The notes under the pieces were generated by a model. It was not told the origin of the DNA and made no database searches. It saw only the letters and a program-made list of their open reading frames with translations. The position numbers and the translations under genes are program-made. From NCBI RefSeq assembly GCF_964355755.1, contig NC_092673.1, positions 22,379,648-22,443,647 of the forward strand: 64,000 nt of DNA, read 5' to 3'. Of this stretch, positions 1 through 14,038 are shown piece by piece. Positions within the stretch are counted from its first letter, which is position 1, and the number at the start of each line of letters is the position of its first letter. Origin of the DNA: Antedon mediterranea (lineage: Eukaryota > Animalia > Echinodermata).

Positions 1-3000
1 TGAAAAGACTAGTTTATTAAAAAATATTACAGGACAGCAAATCTACCTTTTAAAAAGGAAGCCGTTTGTTAGTCATTAGTTTGAAATACACACCATTAAT
101 GTGCATCTCCCTGGTGTATCATAATCTTGTTCTATATCCAAATGGCCAATGACCTAAACTTAAGTTAGGTAACCTGATCAAAATAGGAGAGTATCGTGGC
201 CAATAAAATATCCACAATGCTAATATTCTTTTAAATGGAGACAAGAAATTGGAATACAGACAATAAAATAGATATTAAACTTACGAAGAAACAAAATCAT
301 TAGTAAAGTTCAACGAGACACGTTGAGTTTAGCTGTTATAGTTATTTGTCCAGTGTGTGATAATTACGTCATCAAACATCAAAGTGATGGTGAGCAAGAT
401 AATAAGAATTCAGACTTTGACAAACAAACTTTTGTGACATAAAAGGTTCACTGTGACCACGAGCTTTTCTCCTATTGGTGGAGAAAGTTTGAATAGGGGG
501 AATGCTTGGTTTAGCAAGTGGGTAGCAATAATTGGGCTTTTTTATAATATGGCATTGATGTGGTTAGAATCAAAAGAAGGCAAATCTGTAAAGTCATGAC
601 ATCATATCTATCTCTTTTTATAACACACTATGCAGAATACATACAATTTGGTATACATTTATCTTGAACCAATTATGAAAGATATTTTGTAGTAACATGT
701 GGTATTCCATTTTTACAAATTACACTTTTTTTCTTTGATTTATTGTAAAACAATGTTTACTATTTATGTATTTGAGTACTTTCTTACATACTGTATTTAC
801 GTACAAGACACAGTACAGACACCCACTTCGGAACCCAACAAAATGTCCCTGAATAGGGTGTCCCTTGAATAGGGGTTAGCCGTAGTGTTAAAACATATGT
901 TTCCCCTTGTTCATTTCACAGGAAAGTTTCTTTTGAAGGAGGGGATCTAGTATAGCATAAACACTACCATGCAATTGCATAGTCTATTGCACTTGTCTTA
1001 AAGGTTCAACAACTTGATAGTATTATATATTTGCTCATCAGTAGAGGTTGTGATGATACTGCTAAGTTAAGTTTAAATCCTCAGAGACAGTGATATGCCT
1101 AGAGATTAGGCAAACAATACTTTGAATATTCAACACTTGTACACCTGCCTTAATTCTCATCATCTTTCTTATCGCTCATGCATATTATTATGGCATCTCA
1201 AAATTATTTCATTTCATTTTGTAACTTAATATTGTCCTTCGCCGAGCAATAGTAACTGCCGCAAAGGGGATAAATTATAAAATCAATCATCTTTGTGGTC
1301 TGATTTGTTAAGATAAAGAGGTATACATACTAATTAGTGAGGAAATGTGTTTAATAACACAGGATTATTTTTTTATTTTCTTTAAAGTGCAAATTGGAAA
1401 ATATTGCGATTGATGTTAATTCTCAATATTAATAGTATCAATTTCCAGATCATTCTTCTTCTCTGTCACTATTCACTTTAAGTCTCCAATAATCCCTTAA
1501 ATCACTTTTGCATAAGAGATATTGCAGTTGGTAGATAAATTAAGAAGTCTGTAAAATTAAGTTTAAACATAAATAATCATCTAATATGATATATCTGTAA
1601 TGTTTAGTAGTAGTAATGCTATATCATCACTTCACAAATGTGGTAATTGTACATTAGAACATATTTTAACGTATGAATTATGTTCTGACTTGGTGTATTG
1701 GCCAATCTGATGATTCTTTGTGAAATTCAACTACTGTAGCTAGTGGCTATTTGGGATTATTTAGTAGAAACACCCCCATTAATTAAACTATGTTTTTCGT
1801 ATAACACTGGAAATAATAGTATTTACATGGAATGACAAGAACATCCCCAAGTATTTAATTGTTGTCTTTTTATTTTGTCAGTCCACCAGTCGGCGTTTCA
1901 ATTTTTGAGGCTGAAGTATTATACATATGAAATGCCATGTTTGCCAAAATTTGTTACCACAATTAATAAGTTGAAATGTTGTCTAGAACCTAAACTAGAA
2001 TCCAGTCACCTTTACATTTTTTCACGATTACATATTAACATGATGATGTGATTTCCAAATAGAGGGTTTTTTCAGCTACAAATTTTTTAACACACTTTAA
2101 CCTATTTTAACTTTTCAAGCAGAACCAGCTGTCCATCCCCCATCAGCTTGAAATAAGCAGGTTTTTATATGCTTCACCAAAAAAAAAACACATTAACTCT
2201 GTTGTTCTTTTTCATACCTTTTTTATTTTCGCAACATTTTCACACAATGAATTTAAACAGCTATTTTTTAATACACTATCATCAAAGCTACGGAAACTCT
2301 CACAAAACAGACATATATATACACTTACTGATCAATTGTCTTTGCACATTAAACTTTTTGATGAGGTACATTTGAAGCCATGGACTGCAAACTAAATTTG
2401 TTCAACATAAACTTTAAAGCATTAAATGGAGACGCATTTTACCCTTCATAATGTATTCTAACCAAATGAATTTACATTGCTGAGATATCTGCCACATAAA
2501 ATTCATTTTCTTCCAATATTTGTATTAACAAATTTAAAGTTTGAATTAAGACATGTATAAAACAATATCTTGAAAAAATCTACCAATATAGAACAGTAGG
2601 AAGTGTATGTGGAACTTCTCACAGGTCGACTGTGAGGAGTGCCTATTCAGTTATGCCTTTCCTGATGTAGAGTTGAATTGCCTTTTAAAAAGTACAAACA
2701 ACAAAGAGACCCAATCAAGCATACTTAGCAGCTAAAGCCGTACCAGCTTTACCATTTCCTATTTGTCCCAACATGTAAGGAAAAAACCCAATTATATAGG
2801 CCGCATAATTATATGGTAGACTGTTAGAAAAACAGTGGTGAAAAACCGGAACTATATAACTTAAAGGTAACATGTAATACGTGGCCTTCACCTTTGCAGT
2901 CATTTACCTCAATTGAAACTCTTTTATCCTTGTGTGAGTGAAGTTCAATATAGATCTGAATACATATATTTAAAGTAAAATAATGTGTACATTGTAAACA

Positions 3001-5834
3001 CTGTTAAATAGTTATATGTTGACATTCACGATACAACCCATGAGAGCTATACAAGCAAGCATTTCCACATAATCATAATATTCATGACTTTAGTATGTTC
3101 AAATTTAGAATGCTTTTATCACCGACTATTTAACAATGTTGTGTGTAAACAAATACCCCTTGCTCGCCTTTGTAACAAAAAAAATTTACATTTTAAACCA
3201 AAATGATCAATGCGGTTACAGGATAATAAAATGTTTATATATATGTAATTGTAATAAAATCTGAAACATGGGAGTTTGCCTTTTGTCTTTTTATGAATAG
3301 TTTAATATTTGAAATATGCATGTTTTTAGGGCAAAGGTGAATTTGAAATACAATTTGACCTGGAAAAGTTTTATCTGCTATAAAAATCTAGATTTTATTT
3401 TGTTTAGGGACTATAATAATATAACAATACTGTTATACGTTTTAATTAATAACCAACGAATACATCTACAAAACAATTATTCAAAATAATAGCCTTCATT
3501 TTTTAAGTCAAGAAATGTAACTTTCAACAGTTAATAAAGAATCCCAGTTAAATTGTAATAGAAAATAGAAAAGTATACTAAACAATTATATATAAATAAA
3601 GACTGTAACATAATAGACATCATTGTCTTAAATAGAATTATTTAAATACCATAAACTTACAAAAATTAACACAAAGAAGATTTATAAATATGAAGGATTT
3701 TATATTATCTGTTGCAACAACAATATGTACAAGTAGCGGTTCATACCAGTAATTGGTAGACTATTCAGTGGTAGAGTCAAATGGACACCTAAAACCTGTT
3801 GAAAACCCTTTCAGATCAGAATGGACTAAAATCTATTTTCCAATTAGGCAAATTGTTCGTGCGAATCGAAAGCTCAAGATTAAACACATGCATAGAGAGA
3901 TTTTGAAGATGGAAACATGAATACGCATGCGTATAAACTATCACTTTTAAACAAATTCGCCTAGTGGAAAATAGGCTTAAGACGTTAGATAGTGTTTAGA
4001 TGTACAAGTGGCACAACCACTGTCTCTAAGCTGATGAATTATTCATACCTAGAAACTACAGTACATTCAGCTGCAACCAACTTTGACCTTTGAATCAGAC
4101 AATATCAATGTACTATATTTACCCTAATAATAAACATTTATTTAAATAAATAATAAATATCTCCATAAAATTCATAATTAATACTATTCAGGGGTGAGAT
4201 TTTCTTTCTATAGATAATAAAACAGATGTAAAGTTATCTTTATACCCTGTTATTTACCAAGTATACAACTCAATAAAACATAATTATGTCTGCATAGCAT
4301 TATATAGCTGCAGTAAGTATTGTATAAAAGTTTTGATAATTATTAGTTGCTAACATTTTTATAATTAGCTGCTTCTGTATAAAATAAAATAAGGAGAACA
4401 TCAGCATTTTCAAAGATAAAAATTTGTCAGCTGTTCTGGGAGAAAACAAAAATGTAACCAACAGTTGCATAAAGTAAAGATATCTGATTTTAGTAAGCTG
4501 CGTATTGGCGAGTCATTGAAACCATTAGCTGCAACATCTTAAGTTACAATCACAAAAAAACAGAGAAGCTATGGCTAAAACAGAGATTCCTCTATGCGAG
4601 TTGAGCTTTCAAGAATACAATCTACCAAAATAAGCATATTCAACATTAAATGGTTTACATATTCAAGATTACTTTTAAAAATATACTGTCTGGATGAAAA
4701 CTGAATTAATCTAATACAAGATTATTTTATATGCTGTACACATTGTTAATAACATATACATTTAAATATTGTTAAGACTACAAAATAAACTTATTAGTAT
4801 AACAAGTTTCAAAATGATCACAATTATAAGAGCACTGATATTGTGAAAGCTCTTAATTTGTTTAAAATCTGGTTTTACCCAAAATATGGTAAATGAATAA
4901 ATTGCAGGACTTACGATGTTAATACTAGATTAACTTTAGCAAAATATAAATGTTCCATCCAAAATTGTGTAAATGCAATTCAGTAATTCATTGACAAACA
5001 GTATATTTTTTAAGTACCTTGTTTTTTAAAAATGTATTAAAATAAAATCTGTAATGCATCTGGTTTTAAACTGACAACAATCAGCTTGTATTTAGTTGTT
5101 TTACATCCAAATTGGTTCATTTACAATGAATAACTATATACAATCATCTGACTACTTGAAGTAATACTTGGCTAGATATAACTGTGTTCTATTTTGCCAA
5201 TAGGCTAATTGCTGAATAAATCAATTGCTATACTTTTTAAGTTCCCAACAGGGAAAAACAGCTCATAACAATCAACAATGCAACAGCACCTTTTAACACA
5301 TTTTTCAATAACATTACTCCTAAAGAGTACATTTTTTGGTAAAGCTATACTGTATTTAAACAAATAATTAACAACTGTATTTTTTTTTTCATTTTTTGGT
5401 TAGAAGAGGATATATATATATAGTGATTGATATTTTTTTCTGCATCGACTAGCAATAAATAATATTTTTAACATTTTACAGTTATTCTAAAAACATTTAC
5501 GAAATGTCTTTGGATAATTTTTTAATATAATTTCCAATCTTCCCCAATAAAAAAAGACAACAATCTAAAATTTTAAAATTGGCCATCACCCTATAACACC
5601 CTTTGACAATTAAGTTTTGTCTTCATTTGTTAGCCTGTACATGGCGTCTTCTAAATTTTAATACAGCATTGAATTATTTGGCAAAACAGTCGTCCCCAAG
5701 ATGTTGCCAAATTACAAGATTAAAGTATATTCATGCTGCACAGCTCGTTATACCCATTGAAACTTAGTTAAACATATTCATTTGGTTAAATCCTCCCATA
5801 CTTTTAGCATTCCCCATACTTTTAGCAACGCACT

Positions 5835-6046
5835 CTAAGACTTTGCCATCGCCATTGCATTCAAAAGGTAAGGCATATAAATGAGTTTACTATGCAACAA
5901 CAATTTGGAACAAAGCCGTAACTCGGGCAATAGGCTCATCATATCATCAAAACGATTTTCTTGATAGTTTACTCGTGTGTAGTCTTCGAGGGCTAGAATG
6001 TACGGTGTTTGAACAGATTGCACGCTTTCTTCCTTGTTTGAAGAAT
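5835..6046 (-). CDS. NR6A1: NR6A terminal coding exon: LBD helices 9-12
   Basis: tttttgcag| acceptor in phase 1. Encodes RFDDMMSLLPELR...KLIYMPYLLNAM, resembling the HR4/GCNF C-terminus. TAG stop at 5835. The four exons sum to 1857 nt (618 aa plus stop). Confidence 0.92.
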
Positions 6047-6997
6047 CTGCAAAAAAAAAGAATGTATCTGTTTAAAAGTCAATCATAGAAATACAACCAA
6101 AAGAGAGACAAAATTAAATTAGTTTGGTACCAAAAATTTGCAATTAAAAAAGATTATCGTGTATTTGTTCTTTTTTATTTAAGCAGGAAATCGTTGATCT
6201 GTCAATTAATTATTTTAGTGGATATTATAAACATGTTAAAAGTTATTATTTAGATTCAATATTCTAAGTTCATTCTTAGTATTCAGAATACAGTAGCCAA
6301 TGCTAAACATTTTAAAAATATTATTATAGAATTACTTATAAAAAGGTTTATTTAAATATGTAATTTAAATATCTATTTTAAAGATCATAAAAAAAGCATC
6401 TAAAAAGATATTTTGTCTTATTAGAATGTTGTCGTCATTTCAAAATTAAGACAATAACCAAGGCTAATGTATTAGCCAAATCTCTATTGATTTAAACAAC
6501 AAGTAACAAATTCCTCGAGGAAGATACACTAATCTTTTACCAGGAAAAATGAATAACAGAGTTCATACAATTTCTATTTATTAACAGAAAATATAAAAGT
6601 TGGCAGTTAATCAGCAATGTCATTTGGAAGTGGATAGAATTAATATGTTTAATATTATTAGGAGATATATATCAAATGTCAATGATGACATAATAAAGTG
6701 CATAAGCTTGTTTGGGCATCTTAGAAACCATGAAACAAAAGTTGAGAAAATGAGTAGTATAGTTCAGATAACGCTTTCAGATAAAGTTTTATCTGGATGA
6801 TAAATATAGGGCTAGAAAATTAATTTCTTTGATCTGGTATGTTCCTACAGTATACTATCCAGGTGTTTGTGGTCCAGTTTTAAAAACTGTTGAAAGTAGA
6901 AGAGGGATGTTTTATTTATTGTCATACTATAGGCATTGTCATTTGACATACACAAAAATGTATAAACAATGTGTTACATTCATTCTATTATTATTAC

Positions 6998-7727
6998 CTT
7001 GATGTAACAGGATTATAACTTTAAGTAACAGGTATTCATTGCGTGTGATACTTATTGTTCTAAATGCTGCAGCAAGTTTTGTTAACCTTTCGACTACCTC
7101 GCCCATTTCTTGCTGAAAATTGTCCATATCTAGTTTTAAATCAAGTGTTTTATTCATATACTCCTGCAGCCTTATAAGATTCGCATGAACACAATGTTCA
7201 AAGCTAAGTCCTTTTTCCACATCACTATTCTGTTTGAAATACATTGCACGGGTGGCAGTACACAGTAGAAGGAGTTCCTGCCACTTCGTTTTTAGCATAT
7301 AAGTATGCTCAACGGCCGACAACTGCGTATAAAAAGGAAGGTGTTTAACCCATTGCACCAACTGGTACACAAGATCTTCTCCGAGTGTACAAAGTAGATT
7401 CGCAAAACTCTTATCATTAAAGTTGCTCAATGTGGTACCAGAATGTTCTTTGCTAGACAATTTTGAAAGTGCTGATTCTGTTTGTTGCAATACTTCAATA
7501 AGCTGTGCTGTTTGCGGTCTTAACTGTCGTAGTTCAGCGATAGGCTTGTTTGTTGGTATATGATTCACTATGTGTTTAGATTTTCCAGCTTCACGTTCTG
7601 CCTTGATTGCTTCACGTGCAGCTTTGAATGCTTGCTTTTGTGCACGGTTCTTTCGATTTAACTGTGCTTTCTGTTGGGCCATCAATTGGAACTTCTTCCG
7701 TAATTTGTCGTAGTTCTTTGGCTTGCT
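6998..7727 (-). CDS. NR6A1: NR6A coding exon 3: hinge and most of the ligand-binding domain
   Basis: ttttcag|AGC acceptor. Encodes LBD motifs LVYQLVQWVKHLPFY, KWQELLLL and EYLLLKVIILL. Phase-1 donor CAAG|gtaat. Confidence 0.93.
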
Positions 7728-7888
7728 CTGAAAATAAACATAAATAACAATCTTAAATTCAGTTGCTCAGTAGGCCCCCTACTACAGTTAATGTGTGGTG
7801 ATGTTGAATACCCAATTTCCCTGTACCACATAACATTCTTCTTTATTCGTATTTTAATTTATTATCATGAATTTTTTAATAACCATAC

Positions 7889-7941
7889 CTTGTATGATAG
7901 ACCAGTGTTTCTTCCACCAGGCATTCGATCTTCACGCACAG
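7889..7941 (-). CDS. NR6A1: NR6A coding exon 2 (53 nt): C-terminal extension of the DBD, (A)VREDRMPGGRNTGLSYK
   Basis: Not in the ORF track. Read manually between tttacag| and |gtatgg. REDRMPGGRN is the conserved NR6A T-box motif, and the phases (1 in, 0 out) join the neighbouring exons. Confidence 0.93.
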
Positions 7942-10257
7942 CTGTAAACAAAAAACAAAAAAAAGATTTGCTATTATGCCAGTGAAGTAATCATCATCTA
8001 TACCAGAGCACAGCCAATCGTACATTTACTTAAATTACAAATTATTTATCATGTAAAATATTAAGTTTTACAGTAGTTGAATTATATATATTGTTACCTA
8101 AAACCAAATAAAAAAGTGAGATCTTTAGTGCGAGTTTTAATGATATTAAGACAAACATGTTAAACAAAATAAAAACTAAAGAGTCAGAACCCCCCCCAAA
8201 AAAAGTGGCACTTGTATGATTTAAGAAAAACAATTTTAGTTAATTGGGAATGAAACAATTATTTTTTGACCTTTAAGAAGATTAAATTATTAAACTTAAA
8301 TTTCCTTCATAAATCTCACTGCCCTTGATAGAATGACACGGGACATCCAATACATATGGACAAAGGTCAAAGGTTAGCTTATCATGGTCATCATTGGTGT
8401 ACATTAATACAATTTTGTAGTACCTGTACAAGTCTCTGCTCAAACCAAGGATAATTCTGTTTCATTGATAGAGGTTTATAACTTTAAATGCCAGGGACTT
8501 TTAATAATTGGATTTAATGGTATTTTGCTGAATTTCGCAATATATTTGTATGTCTTCTTTTTGTCTGTACCCTTGCAATAATCGAATGTTGTGATATTAT
8601 TGAAATTTTTAGTTGTTTTTTGTCAGTAAAAAAAAAACAACAGAAAAATCCTCGCAATCCTGGCCTTGTGAACCTTCATATTATGCAAATAAAAAAGATT
8701 AAGAAAACTCAGCTAAGCCAAAAAAATAAACAATACAAGCTGGTAGGTATTTAACATGCAGTTACGTAATATTGAATGCATTCATCAATGAATGAATGTA
8801 CAAATTGCCAGTTATCTGACCTTCTTAAGGATGGACAATTGATCAGAAGTAGTCAGTTATAATTGTACATCACAAAACAATAGGCTGATAATGTTTGTAA
8901 CCTTGGATGTCTGAATTTGACTAATAAATACCCTTGAAATGTTAGCTTCCAATCAGCTGGGAACCTTGAAAGGTTATCAGTGGACAATCAATTGACCATT
9001 GGTCAGCGACATGAATGACTTGTGGTTACAAAGGAAATTACTATTTTGATTCATAGTATTTTTCAATAAATTTGTATCATTTATCGTTTTTTATTTTGCA
9101 TTTTTTATTTTGCATGCAGGCGTTTATTAAGACTTCATCTTAAAACTTTTTGAATTTGATTTAAACTCTTTTTTCAAAATAATGTTGTATTGTTAGTATA
9201 TATAACATTACCATCTAAAACAACAGGTTATAGATGATGCATTTCAATTCAAAATGTGAAAAACAGGAAAATTAACAGGATAACAAGAAACTTTGTAGAG
9301 ATCAATAAGGATTATTAAAAATTACAACAAACTTCACTGAAATCCTCCAGATTATTACATCAACAATCCAGACAATTTGTAAAGATAAATTTTTTAAATT
9401 AACATTTCCTATTTCAAAGTGTATTAAATTAAATAACACTTATTTCTTATACTGTAGGATTAATATAGCAATAACAGTCCCAATTCATTAGTAATAATAA
9501 ATATTCATTATGTTAATATTTATAATATAGTTATACAACTATAAAACAACAACTTGTAGTTTTTATTAATTTATTCAACTATGTGTACATAACTATAAAT
9601 AATTTATCATGAGTACAGGTATATACTGTATAGTGTTTGATAATACCAGTATGTACAAAAAATCTACATCAATTATACACCTATTGTTAATCCTTGCCAT
9701 TTTATTGGTTGATTTCGTATCATGTGACATGAATTATTTCCCCCTATTTCATGTAAAAATGTTAAAATTGTTGTACGACACAATGGGCATGACTTATGTA
9801 CGACCAACAAAACCAACCCGTAGAGTGCGCTGTCGTAACTATAACTGCTCTGCTCTACAACCAAAAAGCGCCGACCATTTGAATGGCCTAGCCTTAAAAA
9901 ATTATGTGTTATAATAAACAAATGTTTTGTATTTTGGGGAGAATATTTTTATGTCTTTAAAAAATTGTCAGCCATGCTATCAAAATTCCCTATTTTTTAA
10001 CATGATAAAGCAATATAATTGAGTTTGAATACTACAGAGTATAGAGAGCAGACTTACCAATAATAATATTGAAATCGACATTAAACCAATAATCACATGT
10101 CTGTATATAATAAATTTGAATATCTAGAGTAAGTGTAAAAAATTGTGTACAGTATTTGTGCACCAATTGTTATGCAAACTAGGACACGCATACATAATCA
10201 GGCTGGTATTAATGTCCTTGTTTTATGCTTTGATTATATTCATGGTCAATAGACTTA

Positions 10258-11274
10258 GGGCCTGTTCAGACCTACGGAGTTATGCTTTCGTATTGTACGC
10301 GGCGTACAAGTCCATAGGTCTGAACCAGGAAAAGATTAGTGGAAGCCACCTCGTACGACACTGATATTTCGTACGCTACGAAAGCTCAAGGTATGAGTTT
10401 AGTGGACGTCGCTTACAATACGAAAGTCACGCATCGATGAATATGACCTAGGTTAGATATCTAGCCAATCAAATTACAATATTCGCCACATCACATCGTG
10501 ACATGTGCTCCTCATCGTACAGCCAAGCTGATCCATTTGTTGTGATCGGTGAACGTGCGAAAAAATCATACCTTTTGTTTGTTGTTACACTAGGTATACA
10601 GTATTATTATTATTAATATTATTATATTAATTAATTTAAAATGTCATCGAAGCGTGCGCATTGGCGAGAAACCGAAGTAAAATACCTTATTTCATTGGTG
10701 GGAAGCCCTGAGTTTAGAGATCGGTTGGAAGTGAAAAACTGGCGTAAAAGCACCGGCAACAAGATGTCTGTGTTCAACGAGATGGCGGACACGTTAGATA
10801 GCAGATGGGCCATCCTCATAATAAAGAAGGATTTAAATTATATCCAAACGAAATTGAAGGGGTCGTCGTATAAAGCGGCGAAAGACCGAGTAAATAAGTC
10901 TGGAGCCGGTGCAAGTACGGGATTTGAACATTTTTCTGCCATAAATGATATTTTAGGCCTAGACCAAATATAAACCCAAACCCCAAAACGATCGGCTGGT
11001 TGGTATGCCTGACAACCCATCGATAATGCCGAGCCCAAGTGTTCGGTCTAGGCCTGTAACTCCTACCCCAACCACTACTACTTTTAATAACAACGAAGGT
11101 AGGCCTAGGTCTATACGTGCGTTAGAGTTTGGTTAATCGCCAGCGAGTGACATCATATCCGTTTGTAACGCAACTTCGTTGCAATGAATCTGAACACTTT
11201 GCTCTTACGACGCTCATTAAAATATGACCTTGGCTGTGATACGAAAGCATAACTCCGTAGGTCTGAACATACCC
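10258..11274 (+). mobile_element. Non-autonomous PIF/Harbinger element (~1.0 kb) carrying a Myb/SANT-like ORF
   Basis: ~36-bp TIRs (GGGCCTGTTCAGACCTACGGAGTTATGCTTTCGTAT, 2 mismatches). TTA direct repeats at 10255-10257 and 11275-11277. Confidence 0.88.
10641..10973 (+). CDS. Harbinger-type Myb/SANT-like (trihelix, MSANTD-like) DNA-binding ORF, possibly a truncated pseudogene
   Basis: MSSKRAHWRETEVKYLISL...VFNEMADTL...IQTKLK..YKAAKDRVNKSGAG...FEHFSAINDILG fits the Myb/SANT-like pattern. The ORF lies inside the TIR element. Confidence 0.7.
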   Translation: MSSKRAHWRETEVKYLISLVGSPEFRDRLEVKNWRKSTGNKMSVFNEMADTLDSRWAILIIKKDLNYIQTKLKGSSYKAAKDRVNKSGAGASTGFEHFSAINDILGLDQI

Positions 11275-11956
11275 TTAGGATGAGTTAAATGAACTTAATT
11301 GCATGTAACAATACAACAGGAATACTGACCAGCTGAGCATAGCCTTTTAACATCATTTGTAATGGGATGTTGTATGTGTATTGTCCTATTTTGTCCTTAG
11401 TATGTCTGGCTTTTCTCAGAATCTGACCATGAGATAGTGTAGGTTACCTGATAGATAGGATAACCCAAGAACAAAAGACCTTTAAAAGATTATATAGTAG
11501 AATCTCCTAAACTTGTAAACTTGCCATGAAAAACACACAACAAGGCCAACAATTCTTCTCTGAAGCAAATATTAATGAATAATTTAAGTAAATCAATAAT
11601 TTGTGAATGCAAGTCTTTCTTTTTCTGTAGAACTTAAAAGATATTAAATTTTTAAGCAGAATAAAGAAAAGCTAAACATGACTGTGTAAATTAAATGATG
11701 AAAATGAGAAAATCTGTAAAACATTGCCCAAATATGGAGATAATTGATTTGAACATACTATTTAGTCTATTATTTGCTTGGATCAGAAATAGGCCTTTAA
11801 ATAATACTGTACTGCAGTTTTTAATATAATTGTTATACAACCTAAATGAAAGTAGCATTTGTTTAAAATATTTATAAATTAAAAAAATGTACAGTATAGT
11901 AATATTAAAACTATAATACTGTTTCTCTAATTTCCAAACTCCAATACACTAACTAA

Positions 11957-12850
11957 AGGCCTTTTCACACAGAACTTCGGCAATATTGCGGTAAGCAAGC
12001 CGGCGTTCTTGCCGGTCTAAACCCATTGACACAGAAGGTAATATTACGGTAATTTTACCGTCTTCTGTGTGAAAGGCCACAGTGAAAAGGCGCAATATTT
12101 AAAGATTACAGTCTTCATAAAATAGAGGTCGCACTTTTTGAGAAAAAAAAAATGGCGGGCACCTGCGACAAAACATGCCATGCGCGCACATGTTTGCTGA
12201 TGTTGTTTTGTGTGTCCGTCGTTTAGTTTTATTGGTTTTTATTTACGATGCATAAAATCTATATTTTTGCCCAACACCACTCCGTGCTAATAACTGCCCG
12301 ATCGTGATGGCCATTCTACAGAAACAAAATCTATTAGGCCTACAAATAGACGCGAATTTAATTATCAGAAGCTGTTATGAGCTAGCACCGGGAGCGCGCA
12401 CCGGAGGATGTTCCTGCTAGAACTATGCTAACTAGGGCCTAGGCTTACGTATAAAACGTTACAGCAAGTTAAATAATCTTTGGACCAATATATGTTATAT
12501 TTTTATTATTATTGACCGTATTCTTCCATTGTATTATTTACAAACTAACCTAAAAATATATATATGGATATAATCTAATAATTTGGCCTAAAGTAATTGC
12601 CACAGTCTTTCTCAATCAAGGAAAATGTCCCGAATTTATCCATGCTTCACTGCGTAAGCAGGCGTTATATCGTGGACTCTTTCACACAGATCAGGCTTAC
12701 GACTGTGACGGTAATATTACCGCAATTTTACTAGGTCCAGAGGCGGTCTAACGGAAGCCGGCATTAAGGGGTTTTTACCCTTTCACACATAAGCCGGCGT
12801 TCGCGAATTACCGCAATATTACCGTCTTACAGCTCTGTGTGAAAGGGGCT
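11957..12850. mobile_element. Harbinger-like MITE with internal copies of its terminal motif
   Basis: Ends AGGCCTTTTCACACAGA / TCTGTGTGAAAGGGGCT, flanks TAA/TTG. Repeated subterminal GTAATATTAC/GCAATATT and AGCCGGC motifs. Confidence 0.75.
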
Positions 12851-14038
12851 TTGGAGAAATAATATATCGCATAATACTCTTTTTATACTGTATACATTGT
12901 TTTGCAATTTTCTGTATATAACTTAAACTATTGATATTGTTGTTTTATCGAGTAATTAATGATCCATTTTTATTGATATATCCTGACAATTAACAACTAA
13001 TTGTGAGCTGCAATACCATAAAGGGTTCATTTATCAGGAAACTTTAGGATAAATCCCTCAAATTATTTCTGATAAAAACAGACATAAATGCAATTAGCAC
13101 ATGGAAAATAATGAAGAAAATACCCTTAACTGATTGATGAGAAACTTCAGCTTGAGAGGTTATTGCTCCAAAGGTCATAACTGTGCCAGTAAACTTCACA
13201 AATGCATATAATAACCTTTTCATATCTGGGCTTTTATTTCTCTAATGATATCATTTCACAAATTTGACAGGTTGAAGCTGCTTTATATAATAATTATATA
13301 ATAGAAATTAAAATTTGAAACTGTAGAAATATAAGATGACAATTTTTATTATTACAAAATTAATAATTACAAAACACAGTTTGATTTATTTTTATATTCT
13401 TTTAATTTATTAATTTTAAAGATATTAAGAATTGCATTGTCTTTTCACAATTGTTTTTCGGAAGGAAAATAATAATTATACAGTGTTGGTCAATTAAAAA
13501 GCAATGCAATTGAAATACCAGTTCAAACGAAATTATAAATTTTTAATGCAATCTTAAAATTTCCACTAGTTCTAGAAACATGGAACTTTACTTGTCTGAT
13601 AATAAAGTACATCTTCGTTTAAATATTTAAATATTCGTTCGGTATATTTCATTTTACCATTATCGCTGGCAAGGCAAGCGAGTGAACAGAGTTGTTTACA
13701 CTGATGGTCATTGGCTAAGGTTCAATAACATAAAGGTCATCTTATAAATTAATGTTCAGTTTTTACCACTCATTTTCACTGCATTTGACCTAGAATTGCG
13801 CAGGTTCACTATGGTCACATAGGAAGTTAAGTGTACAGGCTTAACGCTGTGTTAACTTAATTTCTAAAAACCTTTAGATATTGAACCTGTTTGTATGTAT
13901 TTGATCACAACAACAACTTTACTGAAACTTAAGTATTTTATTACATAAATCAAATGAAATAGATTTTTAGTGTGATGTGAAACACACGCATTTTTAGTTG
14001 CTATAATATTTAAGTCTAATGAATGATAAATTGATTTT

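Noticed and set aside
800-2400. miRNA seed matches on the NR6A sense strand (let-7 7mer at ~2362, miR-92 8mer at ~985)
   Set aside because: The 3' UTR end is unknown, and a few such matches are expected by chance in 5.8 kb of AT-rich sequence.
2169-2903. Short ORFs in the track here and in most intronic or intergenic AT-rich DNA
   Set aside because: Low-complexity F/I/L/Y-rich translations with no domain similarity or splice context.
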